Part shown: in pieces, positions 48,218 to 58,952 of the stretch
How positions within the stretch are numbered: the first letter of the stretch is position 1
Layout of the letters: the number at the start of each line of letters is the position of its first letter
Assembly: GCA_040751795.1 (NCBI GenBank)
Contig: JBFMHR010000003.1
Coordinates: forward strand, 256,001-320,000
Direction: 5' to 3'
DNA: 64,000 bases
Origin: Thermoplasmatota archaeon
GTDB taxonomy: Archaea; Thermoplasmatota; Thermoplasmata; UBA10834
Translations under genes and position numbers: made by a program
Notes under the pieces: model-generated
What the model was told of the DNA's origin: nothing
The model's input: the letters and a program-made list of their open reading frames with translations, nothing else
Database searches by the model: none

Positions 48218-49555
48218 ATGGTAGCGCAAAAAGCTTCAATCAAGACCGAGGTCCCCGGCCCCAAGTCCGTGGAGCTCGGCAAGCTGCGGGAGAAGTACCT
48301 GTCGAAGGGAGTCGGCATAGTCGCCCCGGTGTACATCGAGAAGGCCGAAGGGTCCCTCCTGTACGACGTCGACGGCAACGTCTTCATCGACATGGGGAGC
48401 GGGATAGGCGTCAACAACGTGGGCAACAGGCCCCCGGAGGTCGTGGCGGCGGTCAAGGCCCAGGCGGACAAGTTCCTCCACCTGTGCTTCCAGGTCACCC
48501 CGTACGAGAGCTACCTCCGCCTCGCCCAGAAGCTCGCGGAGTCCGCGCCAGGCAAGGGTTTGACGAAGTCGGTCCTGTACAACTCGGGCGCCGAGGCGGT
48601 GGAGAACTCCGTCAAGATCTCGAGGCACTACACGAAGAAGCCGGCGGCCTTCTCGTTCGTCCACGCGTTCCACGGCCGGACCATGATGGCCATGGCCCTG
48701 ACCTCGAAGGAGATGCCCTACAAGGCGGGGTTCGGGCCGCTGCCGGAGACCTACAAGGTCGAGTTCGCCTACTGCTACAGGTGCCCCCTGAACATGACGT
48801 ACCCGTCCTGCGGCGTCGCCTGCGCGGACAAGATCGACGAGACGTGGTCGAAACCCCAGTTCCAGGGCAAGGTCGCGTGCCTAATAGGTGAGCCGATCGC
48901 GGGCGAGGGCGGTTTCATCGTCCCGCCCAAGGAGTTCTTCGCGAAGGTCACCAAGATCTGCAGGAAGCACGGTGCCGTGTACATAGACGACGAGATCCAG
49001 ACCGGCGCCGGGAGGACGGGCAGGATGTGGTGCGTCGAGCACTGGCCTGGCGTCGAGCCGGACATGCTGGTCAGCGGCAAGGGCATAGGCGGAGGGTTCC
49101 CGGTGTCCGCCACCACGGGCAAGCCGGAGATCATGGACGCGCCGCAGGTCGGCGGCCTGGGCGGCACGTTCGGAGGCAACCCGGTCGCGTGCTCCGCGGC
49201 CCTGGCCCAGTGGCCGGTGATCGAGAAGGCGTTGAAGAACGTCCCGAAGGTGAACGCCTACATGACGAGGAGGCTCTCCGAGCTGCAGAAGCGCTTCCCC
49301 ATCATCGGCGACGTCAGGGGCATGGGCGCGATGATGGCCGTCGAGCTGGTCAGCGACCCGAAGGCCAAGACCCCGGCCGTCAACGAGACCAAGGCGATCA
49401 AGGCCGCGGCGCTGAAGAAGGGCCTCCTGCTCCTGACCTGCGGCACCTATGACAACGTCATAAGGATGCACCCGTCGATGGTGATGCCGCCGGAGGTCCT
49501 CGAGCAGGCGATGGACATCCTCGAGGCCAGCTTCGCCGAGGCCGTCAAGGCGTAG
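48218..49555 (+). CDS. gabT: Class III PLP aminotransferase, 4-aminobutyrate aminotransferase-like
   Basis: NSGAEAVEN, AFHGRT, EPIAGEGG, DEIQTGAGRTG, SGKGIGGG, GGTFGGNP. Confidence 0.85.
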   Translation: MVAQKASIKTEVPGPKSVELGKLREKYLSKGVGIVAPVYIEKAEGSLLYDVDGNVFIDMGSGIGVNNVGNRPPEVVAAVKAQADKFLHLCFQVTPYESYLRLAQKLAESAPGKGLTKSVLYNSGAEAVENSVKISRHYTKKPAAFSFVHAFHGRTMMAMALTSKEMPYKAGFGPLPETYKVEFAYCYRCPLNMTYPSCGVACADKIDETWSKPQFQGKVACLIGEPIAGEGGFIVPPKEFFAKVTKICRKHGAVYIDDEIQTGAGRTGRMWCVEHWPGVEPDMLVSGKGIGGGFPVSATTGKPEIMDAPQVGGLGGTFGGNPVACSAALAQWPVIEKALKNVPKVNAYMTRRLSELQKRFPIIGDVRGMGAMMAVELVSDPKAKTPAVNETKAIKAAALKKGLLLLTCGTYDNVIRMHPSMVMPPEVLEQAMDILEASFAEAVKA

Positions 49556-49702
49556 GCGCCCAGGCGCCCGAAACCCTTCTCAAACCCCCTCTTTGCTTCT
49601 CCAGGCGATGCCCCCTCAGGGACGGCCACCGGCCCGCCCCCTGTGCGAAACTATAAAATATACTTTCATTATTTCAAGTTGGCTTTAACGGAGGCACACG
49701 AG

Positions 49703-50653
49703 ATGTCATCGAAGGGCATGAGCAAGACCTCCAGGACGGTCTGGACCGTCCTGGTAGTGGCACTGACGGGCGTTGCAGCGTTCACCGGCGGGTACTTCGT
49801 CGGCGCGATGGTGGCCGACACCGACGACGGTTTCACCGTCGTCGACGACTACGGCAGGACTGTGACCCTCGACGCGATACCCGAGAGGATCATCTCGATA
49901 GCGCCGTCGCCGACCGAGATACTGTTCGCCATCGGCGCCGGCCCCCAGATCGTCGGGGTGGACAACTACAGCGACTACCCCGAGGCGGCGGTCTCGCTCC
50001 CCAAAGTGGGCGACTACACCCTGAACCTCGAGGCGGTCGCGTCGCTCCAGCCGGACCTCATCGTGGGAGGCGACCTCGTCCCCCTGGCGCAGCTGGAGCA
50101 GCTGGAGGCGCAGGGGATACCGTACGTCCTCCTCGCTGACAGGACCCTCGAGGACGTCCTGAAGACCATAAGGCTCGCAGGCGTCATCACTGGCCACGTC
50201 GCCGAGGCCGACGCGGTCGCGGACGCCCTCTCGGAGAGGATAGACGCGGTCAAGGAGAAGACCCTAGACCCCGGCGTCGTCAAGCCCAGGGTGTACATCG
50301 AGTACGACGAGTTCATGGGCCTCTGGACATACGGTCCAGGGTCCTTCGGGGACGACCTCATCATGGCCGCGGGCGGCATCAACATAGCGCACAACACGAG
50401 CTCGGAGTACCCGATGGTCGAGAGCGAGTTCGTCATCGCGCAGAACCCCGAGATCATCGTATACACCACCGGGCCCTGGTCGACCCTCAACGAGGACACC
50501 TACATCAACCGGCCCGGCTGGGACGTGATCGACGCGGTCGTCGACGGGGACATATACGGCATGGACGCGAACCTGATCAGCAGGTACGGGCCGAGGATAG
50601 TGGACTGCCTCGAGATGCTCGCGGAGATCATCCACCCAGAGCTGTTCGAGTGA
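49703..50653 (+). CDS. btuF: Cobalamin/Fe-siderophore ABC transporter substrate-binding protein
   Basis: N-terminal anchor; PERIISIAPSPTEILFAIG; SRYGPR. Confidence 0.8.
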   Translation: MSSKGMSKTSRTVWTVLVVALTGVAAFTGGYFVGAMVADTDDGFTVVDDYGRTVTLDAIPERIISIAPSPTEILFAIGAGPQIVGVDNYSDYPEAAVSLPKVGDYTLNLEAVASLQPDLIVGGDLVPLAQLEQLEAQGIPYVLLADRTLEDVLKTIRLAGVITGHVAEADAVADALSERIDAVKEKTLDPGVVKPRVYIEYDEFMGLWTYGPGSFGDDLIMAAGGINIAHNTSSEYPMVESEFVIAQNPEIIVYTTGPWSTLNEDTYINRPGWDVIDAVVDGDIYGMDANLISRYGPRIVDCLEMLAEIIHPELFE

Positions 50654-50666
50654 GCAGGAGCCGGTG

Positions 50667-51764
50667 ATGCACCCTGGGAAGGGAGAGGCCGAGTCCGCGG
50701 GCGTGGACTTCCCGAGGCTCATGAGGCGGAGGTTCGTATGGCTCGTCAGCCTCGCGGCCGGGCTGGCCGCGTCGGTGATCGCGGCGGTCCTCGTGGGCAC
50801 CCTCGGGCCCATCGGCCCGGGCATCCCCGAATACATCTCCTTCAGGGAGGCCATCGGGGCCATCTTCCTCCAGCAGGGGGACTGGCCCTCCTACTTCTCT
50901 GACGTGTTCTGGGACGTGCGGATCCCCAGGGTCCTGCTCGCGGCGGCGGTAGGCGCGTCGCTCGCGTGCGCCGGCACCGCGATGCAGGCCGTGTTCAGGA
51001 ACCCCATGGCCGACCCCTACATAGTAGGCGTGTCGTCCGGCGCATCAGTCGGAGCGGTCGTGGCCGGCCTGATGGGGTTCGCGACAATCGCGGTGATCGG
51101 CGCGCTGATAACCCCTGCGCTGGCGTTCACGACCGCGCTCCTCACGGTCTTCGTGGTCTACTCCCTGGGCGTCGTCGGGGGGAAGGTGTACGTCAACACC
51201 CTCCTCCTCTCAGGGGTCGCGGTCGCCGCGTTCCTCGGCGCCGTGGTCTCCGTGCTGATTTACTTCGCGGGCCAGCAGTACCACAGGATAATCTTCTGGC
51301 TCCTCGGGAGCCTTTCGCTCGCGTCGTGGTCGGCGTTCGCGGTGGTCGCGATCGCCGCCGCGATCGGGATAGTCCTAGTGTTCATATCGAGCAGGGACTT
51401 GAACGCCCTGCTCCTCGGCGAGGAGACCGCCCACAACCTCGGCGTCGACCCGGAGGGCCTCAAGACACTAATGCTGGTCGTGGCCGCGGTGATGACGGCG
51501 GCCGCCGTCGCGTTCACGGGCGTCATAGGTTTCGTCGGCCTGATCATACCGCACATGGTCAGGCTCGTGGTCGGGGCGGACCACCGCATCCTCGTCCCCG
51601 CGGCGACCATGTCGGGGGCGATATTCCTGATCTGGGCGGACACGGCCGCCAGGACGATCATCGCCCCCACCGAGCTGCCGGTGGGCATCATCACGGCCCT
51701 CTGTGGAGGGCCGTTCTTCCTCTACCTCCTCAGGAGGAACCGGCTGGCGGGTGAGGACCGATGA
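50667..51764 (+). CDS. btuC: FecCD/BtuC-family permease
   Basis: RIPRVLLA, FRNPMADPYIVGVSSGA, IGFVGLIIPH. Confidence 0.85.
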   Translation: MHPGKGEAESAGVDFPRLMRRRFVWLVSLAAGLAASVIAAVLVGTLGPIGPGIPEYISFREAIGAIFLQQGDWPSYFSDVFWDVRIPRVLLAAAVGASLACAGTAMQAVFRNPMADPYIVGVSSGASVGAVVAGLMGFATIAVIGALITPALAFTTALLTVFVVYSLGVVGGKVYVNTLLLSGVAVAAFLGAVVSVLIYFAGQQYHRIIFWLLGSLSLASWSAFAVVAIAAAIGIVLVFISSRDLNALLLGEETAHNLGVDPEGLKTLMLVVAAVMTAAAVAFTGVIGFVGLIIPHMVRLVVGADHRILVPAATMSGAIFLIWADTAARTIIAPTELPVGIITALCGGPFFLYLLRRNRLAGEDR

Positions 51765-53017
51765 GGCTGGAGGTGAAGGGGCTCTCCTACTCATTCGGGG
51801 ACAAGAAGGTCCTGAAGGACGTGTCCTTCGAGGTCAGGCCGGGGGAGTTCATGGGGCTCATGGGCCCCAACGGCTCGGGGAAGACGACGCTCCTCCGCTG
51901 CATCATGAACTACCTCGGGCCCCCCGAGGGCTCGGTCCTCATTGACGGCCATGAGCTGCAGGGCTGCCCCCCCGAGAAGCTGGCCCGCACATTCGCGGTG
52001 GTGCCCCAGAGCTCCTCGACCGACTTCACGTTCTCCGCGTACGACATAGTGATGATGGGTCGCATCCCCCACAGGGCCAGCAAGTTCGCGGGCCCGTCGA
52101 GGGAGGACGCGGACGCCGTCAGGGGCGCCATGGAGAGGACCCGCACGTGGGCCATGGCGAGCAGGCCCTTCTTCGCCCTGAGCGGCGGGGAGAGGCAGAG
52201 GGTGATCATAGCCAGGGCGGTGGCCCAGCAGCCGGAGGCCTTCCTTCTGGACGAGCCCACGGTCTACCTCGACATCAACGGACAGCTCGAGGTCATGGAC
52301 CTCATCAGGAGCCTCAACGAGGAGGAGGGCCTCACGGTCATCGCGGTCCTGCACGACGTGAACGTCGCCGCGCGGTACTGCGACAGGATAGCCCTCCTGA
52401 GCAACGGGTGGCTCGAGGCCATCGGCCCGCCGGCCGAGGTTCTCACACCTGGGGTCATACAGAGCGTGTACGGCGTGGAGGTCGCCGTGAGGAAGGACCC
52501 GTTCACGGACGCGGTCTACGTGATGCCGCGGTCATCGGTCGCGCCGGCGCCCAGGCACGGGCGCAGGGTGCACGTCCTGTGCGGCGGCGGGGCCGGAGGC
52601 CCCGTCCTGAAGGCGATCGCGGATGCGGGATACGGCGTGTCGACCGGGGTGTTGAACGTCCTGGACTCCGACTTCGAGAACGCCAGGGACCTGCACATAC
52701 CGGCCGTCCCGGAGGCCCCTTTCGCCGCCGTGAGCGACGCGGCGCACGAGGAGAACCTGAGGCTGATAGGCGAGTCGGAGACGGTCGTGGTGTCGCCGTT
52801 CCCCGTCGGGCCAGGCAACTTCAGGAACATCGAGGCGGCGGAGCACGCCCTCCGCTCGGGCAAGAGGGTAGTGGTCCTCATGCCCGGCGACCCGTCCTCC
52901 GTGGACTTCGTCGGCGGGAGGGCCGCCGAGGCCATCAAGGGTTTGATTAGGTCGGGAGCGATTGAGGTCAAGAGCCTCGACGAGGCGCTGAAGCGCCTCC
53001 ACGGGCCGGACGGGTGA
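51761..53017 (+). CDS. btuD: ABC ATPase (BtuD/FecE) with ~150-aa C-terminal extension
   Basis: GPNGSGKT, LSGGERQR, LLDEPT; extra VHVLCGGG..TGVLN..DSD domain. Confidence 0.82.
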   Translation: MRLEVKGLSYSFGDKKVLKDVSFEVRPGEFMGLMGPNGSGKTTLLRCIMNYLGPPEGSVLIDGHELQGCPPEKLARTFAVVPQSSSTDFTFSAYDIVMMGRIPHRASKFAGPSREDADAVRGAMERTRTWAMASRPFFALSGGERQRVIIARAVAQQPEAFLLDEPTVYLDINGQLEVMDLIRSLNEEEGLTVIAVLHDVNVAARYCDRIALLSNGWLEAIGPPAEVLTPGVIQSVYGVEVAVRKDPFTDAVYVMPRSSVAPAPRHGRRVHVLCGGGAGGPVLKAIADAGYGVSTGVLNVLDSDFENARDLHIPAVPEAPFAAVSDAAHEENLRLIGESETVVVSPFPVGPGNFRNIEAAEHALRSGKRVVVLMPGDPSSVDFVGGRAAEAIKGLIRSGAIEVKSLDEALKRLHGPDG

Positions 53018-53820
53018 CGGGGTTGAAGGAGAGGCCTCTGAGGGACCTGAAGCGCAACACGGAGATGCTGATCCTGGTGGGGCTCATAAGGTCGCCCTCG
53101 GCCAGGCTCAGGGACGTCGCGGAAGGGCTCGGCATCACCGTGCAGGCGGTCAGCCAGTACACGAACCAGATGCGCAAGGAAGGGCTCCTCCTCGAGCGCA
53201 AGGGCCTCCTCAGGCCCAGCAGGAAGGGCATGCAGGCCCTGCAGGAGCACTTCTCCAGCATCAAGCAGGACGTGGACGAGATCCTCAGGGGCATAAGCGT
53301 CGTGGACAGGTGCGTCGCCGTCGCCGGCACGCCGGTCAGGAAGGGGTCCCCTGTCGGTCTCGCCATGGAGGACGGGATGATGATGGCCTTCGCCGGCGCG
53401 AAGAGCTCATCCACCGGTGTCGCCCTGGAGGACGCCGAGGAGGGGGACGACGTGCTCGTCGGGCGGCTGGAGGGCATACTCGACATGGACCTCGGCAAGC
53501 TCCTGGTGCTGGAGGCACCGTCGGAGCTGGACGGGGGCTCCAAGGCCGCCGACATCGGGCAGGCCAGGCAGAAGGTGGAGGACTTCTCCCCGGGCCTTCT
53601 CGCAGCCGGCGACACCGTCGGGGCGGCCCTGCTGATGAAGGCCAGCGGGGAGATGCTAACGCTCCACGCGCCAGTGGAGTCCGCGATGAGCGCCCTGAGC
53701 AAGGGCGTCGACGTGGTCTACTGCGGGACCAGGGAGTCCTGCGAGCTGATGATCGAGGCGGTGGCGAAGCTCAAGGCGGACACGGGCTACGACATCAAGT
53801 GGCGGACCTTCAGACTGTGA
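53014..53820 (+). CDS. Archaeal winged-helix transcriptional regulator
   Basis: RDVAEGLGITVQAVSQY HTH; GTGA-coupled to the ATPase gene. Confidence 0.8.
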   Translation: MTGLKERPLRDLKRNTEMLILVGLIRSPSARLRDVAEGLGITVQAVSQYTNQMRKEGLLLERKGLLRPSRKGMQALQEHFSSIKQDVDEILRGISVVDRCVAVAGTPVRKGSPVGLAMEDGMMMAFAGAKSSSTGVALEDAEEGDDVLVGRLEGILDMDLGKLLVLEAPSELDGGSKAADIGQARQKVEDFSPGLLAAGDTVGAALLMKASGEMLTLHAPVESAMSALSKGVDVVYCGTRESCELMIEAVAKLKADTGYDIKWRTFRL

Positions 53821-53862
53821 TTTTCAGGTGGCAGGGCTAAATCCCGCCATTCGGATTCACCC

Positions 53863-54441
53863 GTGGTGAGCGCGGTGGATGTGGCAGGTGCCGTGGAGGC
53901 AAGGAGGGCCAAGAGGGTCCTGTCCGAGCGTGCAGTCGAGGACGAGAAGGTGCGGGCTCTCGCGGAGGCGGCGCGCCTCTCCGCGTCCTGCTTCAACAAC
54001 CAGCCATGGAGGCTGGTGTTCTGCAGGGGCGAGGGGGCCCTGGAAGCCGTCAAGGGGGCGCTGTCCAAGGGGAACGCGTGGGCGACGAGGTCACCCCTAA
54101 TCATAGCCGTGGCGGCGAGGCCGCCCGACGACTGCCAGCTCAGCGACCGCAGGGACTACTTCCTCTTCGACTGCGGGCTCGCGATTGGCCAGCTGGAGCT
54201 CGCGGCCACGGCGATGGACCTAATCGCCCACCCGATCGCCGGCTTCGACCCACTGAAGGTGAAGGCCGCCCTGGGGATACCTGAGGACCACACGGTGATA
54301 ACCCTCGTGATATGCGGCTACCCCGGGACCGACGATTCGCTGCTCTCCGACAAGCAGAGGGAGGCCGAGAGGTCCCGGCCAGAGAGGAAGCCCCGGGGGG
54401 AGAATCTCTTCGCGGACGGGTGGGGCCGCCCCCTCGCCTGA
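53863..54441 (+). CDS. Nitroreductase-family protein
   Basis: AARLSASCFNNQPW, FDCGLA, HPIAGFD. Confidence 0.88.
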   Translation: MVSAVDVAGAVEARRAKRVLSERAVEDEKVRALAEAARLSASCFNNQPWRLVFCRGEGALEAVKGALSKGNAWATRSPLIIAVAARPPDDCQLSDRRDYFLFDCGLAIGQLELAATAMDLIAHPIAGFDPLKVKAALGIPEDHTVITLVICGYPGTDDSLLSDKQREAERSRPERKPRGENLFADGWGRPLA

Positions 54442-54500
54442 CCCCGGCAAGGCATATATCGGGCCTGTGACCATCGGGAGGCAGTCCGGAGGCTGTCCAG

Positions 54501-55436
54501 ATGATGCGGTTCTACGTTGTCGAGGCCGGTGAGCTGAAGAGGGTCGAGACCGCGCAGATGCGCGAGGTCCTCTGGATCGACCTCGTGGCGCCGTCCCCGG
54601 AGGAGGTCGAGGAGCTCCACAGGGAGTTCGGCATCGACCTCCAGGACATCGCGGACTGCCTCGACCCGAACGAGCGCTCCAGGATAGAGGTCGAGGAGAG
54701 GTACGATCTCCTCGTCCTGCGCAGCCTGCTGGCCGACGAGCGCGCCCCGGACAGGATCCAGACGATGCCCATCGGCATCATATCCACGAAGGACCAGATC
54801 ATCACCGTCCGGATAGGGGCCTCGTTCCATGCGGAGGACGTCTGCTCCGACATGAAGAGGAGGCCCCGCCTCGAGACGAAGGAGGACCTCTTCCTCGCCC
54901 TCGTGAGGCGCGTCCACCGCGACATGGAGAGGACCGTGAGGCCGATGGAGCGCAGGATAGGCGCCATCCAGGAGACTATCCTCCACGCCAAGAGCGCGGA
55001 GGTCGCGCACAGCGCCTTCGCCCTGAGCAACGGGCTCATCCTCCTCAACACGGCCCTGCTGTCGAACATGAACGCCATCTCCCTGCTCCCCCGCATGAAG
55101 CAGCTGCACATGACCAAGGAGCGGCTCGACCTGGCGGAGGACATCGAGAACGACGTGGCGCAGCTCTACGAGATGACCACGATCTACCGGGAGATCATGT
55201 CCAACATCCTGAACGCCTACGAGACGGCCGTCTCGAACAACCTGTCGTTCATAATGAAGACCCTCACCACTATCAGCCTGATCCTGATACTGCCCACCCT
55301 GGTGGCCAGCCTGTACGGCATGAACGTCGACCTCCCGTTCCAGGGGGACCCGAACGCCTTCTGGTTCGTCATCGGCGTCTCAGCGGTCTGCGTCGCGGGG
55401 CTCTGGGTGCTCTTCCGCCTCAAGAGGATCCTCTGA
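54501..55436 (+). CDS. corA: CorA-family Mg2+/Co2+/Ni2+ transporter
   Basis: WIDL, MKTLT, YGMN, two C-terminal TMs. Confidence 0.92.
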   Translation: MMRFYVVEAGELKRVETAQMREVLWIDLVAPSPEEVEELHREFGIDLQDIADCLDPNERSRIEVEERYDLLVLRSLLADERAPDRIQTMPIGIISTKDQIITVRIGASFHAEDVCSDMKRRPRLETKEDLFLALVRRVHRDMERTVRPMERRIGAIQETILHAKSAEVAHSAFALSNGLILLNTALLSNMNAISLLPRMKQLHMTKERLDLAEDIENDVAQLYEMTTIYREIMSNILNAYETAVSNNLSFIMKTLTTISLILILPTLVASLYGMNVDLPFQGDPNAFWFVIGVSAVCVAGLWVLFRLKRIL

Positions 55437-55551
55437 CCTCGGTCCCCACCGCGGGGACGGCCCCGGCCGGCGGGCCTCCATGGCTTACCCAGGCGGGGGT
55501 GCCAGCACATGTATTTAACACCGGGATGTCATATCCAGCATCAGAGTGGCC

Positions 55552-55842
55552 ATGGTCTCCGCGGTCGACGTGTCGATGGGGCTCCTGTTGGGCGTCTCAG
55601 CGTTCCTGCTGGTGCTCTCCCTCGTGTCGTACAGGAGGAGCGGGATCCGCTCCGTGCTCCTCCTGTCGGAGGGCCTCTCGGTGCACGTAGTGGTCACATC
55701 GCTGCTCATCGGGCTAGGATACACCACGGACTGGCTCGATAAGGTCGACGGGACCCTGATGGCCGTGGCCGACGCGGTCATCCTCCTCTCCGTGGTTCTC
55801 CTGGGGCACTTCGGAGGTAGGCCCGGTGCCGGACCCTCTTGA
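55552..55842 (+). CDS. Small three-TM membrane protein
   Basis: Hydrophobic helices; SYRRSG loop; overlaps the HTH gene. Confidence 0.65.
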   Translation: MVSAVDVSMGLLLGVSAFLLVLSLVSYRRSGIRSVLLLSEGLSVHVVVTSLLIGLGYTTDWLDKVDGTLMAVADAVILLSVVLLGHFGGRPGAGPS

Positions 55843-56401
55843 GCTGGCCAGCAGGAAGAAGATATTCGAGTGCGTCAGGGGCAGCCCTGGCATACACTTC
55901 AGGGAGATCCAGCGCCGCACCAACCTGCCCATCGGGGTCCTGGAGTACCACCTGAACTACCTCGTGGACCACTCGTTGCTGTCGCTGGACAAGCAGGAGA
56001 GCTTCTCGAGGTACTTCCCGAGCGGCCAGGTCAGCGCCGACAAGCAGCGGATACTGTCCGCCCTGAGGCAGGAGATCCCCCGCGGCATCATCCTCTACCT
56101 GATGGGCCACCCGGGGGCGACGCACGGGGAGGTCCTGAGCAACTTCACCATATCCGGGGGGACCCTCTCGTACCACGTGAAGAAGCTCGTGTCGAGGGGC
56201 GTGGTGAAGCTCGACAAGGTCGGCCGCGAGTCGAGGCTGACCGTGATAGACCCGGACAAGGTGGCGGACCTGCTGATAATCTACAGGCGCACATTCCTGG
56301 ACAAGCTGGTCGACGACTTCGTGGCCATGTACGTCGAGAACAAGGGCAGGGCCGTCCCGGCGGAGCAGTCCTCAGAACCAGGCGCCGACAGGACCGGGTG
56401 A
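55826..56401 (+). CDS. Tandem winged-helix transcriptional regulator
   Basis: PGIHFREIQR..LEYHL and PGATHGEV..LSYHVKKL. Confidence 0.85.
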   Translation: MPDPLELASRKKIFECVRGSPGIHFREIQRRTNLPIGVLEYHLNYLVDHSLLSLDKQESFSRYFPSGQVSADKQRILSALRQEIPRGIILYLMGHPGATHGEVLSNFTISGGTLSYHVKKLVSRGVVKLDKVGRESRLTVIDPDKVADLLIIYRRTFLDKLVDDFVAMYVENKGRAVPAEQSSEPGADRTG

Positions 56402-56408
56402 GCCCGGC

Positions 56409-57638
56409 TCACTTGCCCCTGTAGTACCTGTTCTTCTCGAGCACGACCGTGTCGCTCTGGTCGTCCTTCGAGGCCCTCCTCGCGGCCACCGCGAGGCCGG
56501 CCCCGCCGGCCGCGACGAGCCCGATGAGTATGCCCGCGACCGTCGACATCGCGGAGGTCCCTATGATGTTCCCGTCAGGGAGGTCCACCACGGCCCCGCC
56601 GCCAGGGCTGGGGAAGAGCCCGATGCTGGGGTCGTGCGTTATCTGGAGCGTCGACTCGTCCACTGGGGCCGACAGGTAGACCTTGAGCGCCTCGCCGTCG
56701 GTCCTGTAGTAGGTCTTGAGGTCCTCGAAGGTGTCGCCCGCAACCACCGTGCTGAGGCACTCCGGCGCCCACGAGAAGAAGCTGGTCTCGTTGGTCTCCA
56801 GGAAGGCGAACAGCTGCTTGAACTGGCTCCTGTGCTGGAACGAGTGCATTATCAGGTCGCCGTCGACGGTCGTCTCGTTGACGTCGGGGTCGCTCGTGCT
56901 CACTTCGTCGCTCTGGAACCCCTCGAAGACGTACTGCTCGTCCATCGCCGTGGGGGTGAAGTTGCCGAACTCCATCATCATCAGCCCGATGTCGAGGGCC
57001 AGGTGGTCCGCGTCGATGGGGGTGTTGATGTCGACCGTGATGTCGAACTTCAGCTCCGTGGAGCCGTTGACCGGGTAGAGCCCCTCGTCTATGGCCCCGC
57101 CGAACGTCGACGAGAAGTTGGACGAGGATATGACGAAGTCCACGGTCACCTCGGCCCAGTCCTCGATGATCACGATGCCGGGCGTCCCCGGTTCGGGGTT
57201 CCCGTCCTCGAAGGCGATCCTCTTGTTCATGGACACAGAGGAGTGCATGGAGAAGTAGGCCGTTGATGTCCCGTCCCCTTCGTCCACTATCTCGGGGACG
57301 TCTGAGGTCCAGGTGGCGTGCTCCATGGACGCGTGGTAGGGCACCTCGTCCAGGATCAGCCCGGCCTCCGCGCTCTCGTTGTAGCCGAGTATCGAGGAGA
57401 ACACGAACCCGTAAGAGCGGTTGTCGGGCGAATCGTCCTCCATGATCGCGGCAGCGGGGAAGAGCGTGGATATCGCGATGCTCATGTTGTCGGTGGAGAG
57501 CACGACGTAGCCCTCCTCGACCTCGTAGGAGATGTCCCCGTCCTCGGCGGAGGCGGGAGCCGTGGCTGCGAATTGGAGCAGCAGTGCCAGCGTCAGGGAC
57601 ACTGCTAGGATAGTAAGGGCCCCCGATCTTTTCCTCAT
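56409..57638 (-). CDS. Secreted, C-terminally anchored acidic protein, unknown function
   Basis: Signal peptide; ITHDPSIG before the C-terminal TM; tail ending RYYRGK. Confidence 0.75.
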   Translation of the reverse strand: MRKRSGALTILAVSLTLALLLQFAATAPASAEDGDISYEVEEGYVVLSTDNMSIAISTLFPAAAIMEDDSPDNRSYGFVFSSILGYNESAEAGLILDEVPYHASMEHATWTSDVPEIVDEGDGTSTAYFSMHSSVSMNKRIAFEDGNPEPGTPGIVIIEDWAEVTVDFVISSSNFSSTFGGAIDEGLYPVNGSTELKFDITVDINTPIDADHLALDIGLMMMEFGNFTPTAMDEQYVFEGFQSDEVSTSDPDVNETTVDGDLIMHSFQHRSQFKQLFAFLETNETSFFSWAPECLSTVVAGDTFEDLKTYYRTDGEALKVYLSAPVDESTLQITHDPSIGLFPSPGGGAVVDLPDGNIIGTSAMSTVAGILIGLVAAGGAGLAVAARRASKDDQSDTVVLEKNRYYRGK

Positions 57639-57924
57639 CGTGATAGCATCATCATGTTGGCCTTTATTAAGCAATTTGGTACACAGCTCGAAATGCCGAG
57701 GCGCCGCGGCGTCCATTCGGAGAGGGCCCGCACCCCCGCCCTTCGGCCGCCGCCTTCCGGTCGGTAAACGCCGCAAATATAACTGGAGTCCTCAGGGCGT
57801 ACTGACCTCATCGGTTAACAATGTTATACATTGGTGGGGGTTTAACTACGTCCAGGAACGTAGTCGGTCCAGCACCCTTGGCACGGTGCTTGACATAGGA
57901 GAGAATAGGGGAGGAACAAGAGAC

Positions 57925-58746
57925 ATGCACTACAAGAGAGCATCAGCGATGCTCGCGGTCGCCCTGATGGCGTTCGTGCCGTTCGGGATGATCGTGAGCG
58001 CAGCGGAGGAACCAGCGACACCGATGCCCTTCACCGCACCAGGTGAAGTGACCCCCGGGATCGCCGACCCGAACATGGAGTACGCGGTGTACTTCGCCGA
58101 CAACATGGCCTTCACCCCGCAGTGGAGGCTCGGCAACCTCGTGAGGGTCGAGACGATGGTCCTGAAGGCCTTCGAGACGAACGCCGACGGCCTCGTGAAC
58201 GCCTCGGACATACCCGTTGCGGTGAACACCAACATCACGTCGGGCGTGGTGTACGACCAGGCCGCCCTCCTTGGGAACCCGGACAACATCCTCTGGACAT
58301 GGATGGTATCCGTCCCTTCGATAACCGTGACCATGACCGGTGAGAAGGGCGACGTGCACACGTTCGCCTCCGACTTCACCGACGGGATATCGGACGCGGA
58401 CCTCGTGACCAGGGAGACGAACAAGGCCGGCCATCTGATCTACGGCTTCCTCTGGGACACCGAGGGCGCCACTGTGCTCGGCGGCGTGTACAGGGTCTCC
58501 GTGGACATCGGGAGCGCATACCCGGTGACAATGGCCGTCAGGAGCCTGGTCGTCGCGGAGGATGCGGACCCGATAGGGTACGAGGAGCTGCCTGCTGGGA
58601 CGCTCGACGCGTTCGTATCGGGCACCGGCGGAGTCGTCGGTGACGATGCGTACATCTACCTCGGCGTCCTGATCGCCAAGGGCGGCAGCTCGGGCGGCGG
58701 CGGTGGCAACGGCGGCAGTGGCGGGGGCCACGGCCGCGGCAGATGA
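57925..58746 (+). CDS. Secreted hypothetical protein with Gly-rich tail (paralog 1)
   Basis: Signal peptide; YAVYFADNM, PQWRLGNLVR, NKAGHLIYGFLWDT. Confidence 0.78.
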   Translation: MHYKRASAMLAVALMAFVPFGMIVSAAEEPATPMPFTAPGEVTPGIADPNMEYAVYFADNMAFTPQWRLGNLVRVETMVLKAFETNADGLVNASDIPVAVNTNITSGVVYDQAALLGNPDNILWTWMVSVPSITVTMTGEKGDVHTFASDFTDGISDADLVTRETNKAGHLIYGFLWDTEGATVLGGVYRVSVDIGSAYPVTMAVRSLVVAEDADPIGYEELPAGTLDAFVSGTGGVVGDDAYIYLGVLIAKGGSSGGGGGNGGSGGGHGRGR

Positions 58747-58952
58747 GGGGACCTCCTCAGACCGCACGAAACCACATCAAACCCGTTCAGCGTTTTCCTT
58801 AGTCCTTGCCGTCACTGACACCGGGCGCGCGCACGCGACTTAACGCCGATATTTTGAATATTGAACTATCCATATATAAATACCACCGACGACCTACTGC
58901 GCGCTGCGCCAGGGGCAACACTGGCGCATGACGAACGGGGGAGACATCTGAG

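Noticed and set aside
49556-49702. Cobalamin riboswitch before the btuF-like gene
   Set aside because: Space is short and holds only a terminator-like tract and an AT-rich promoter; no B12-box recognised
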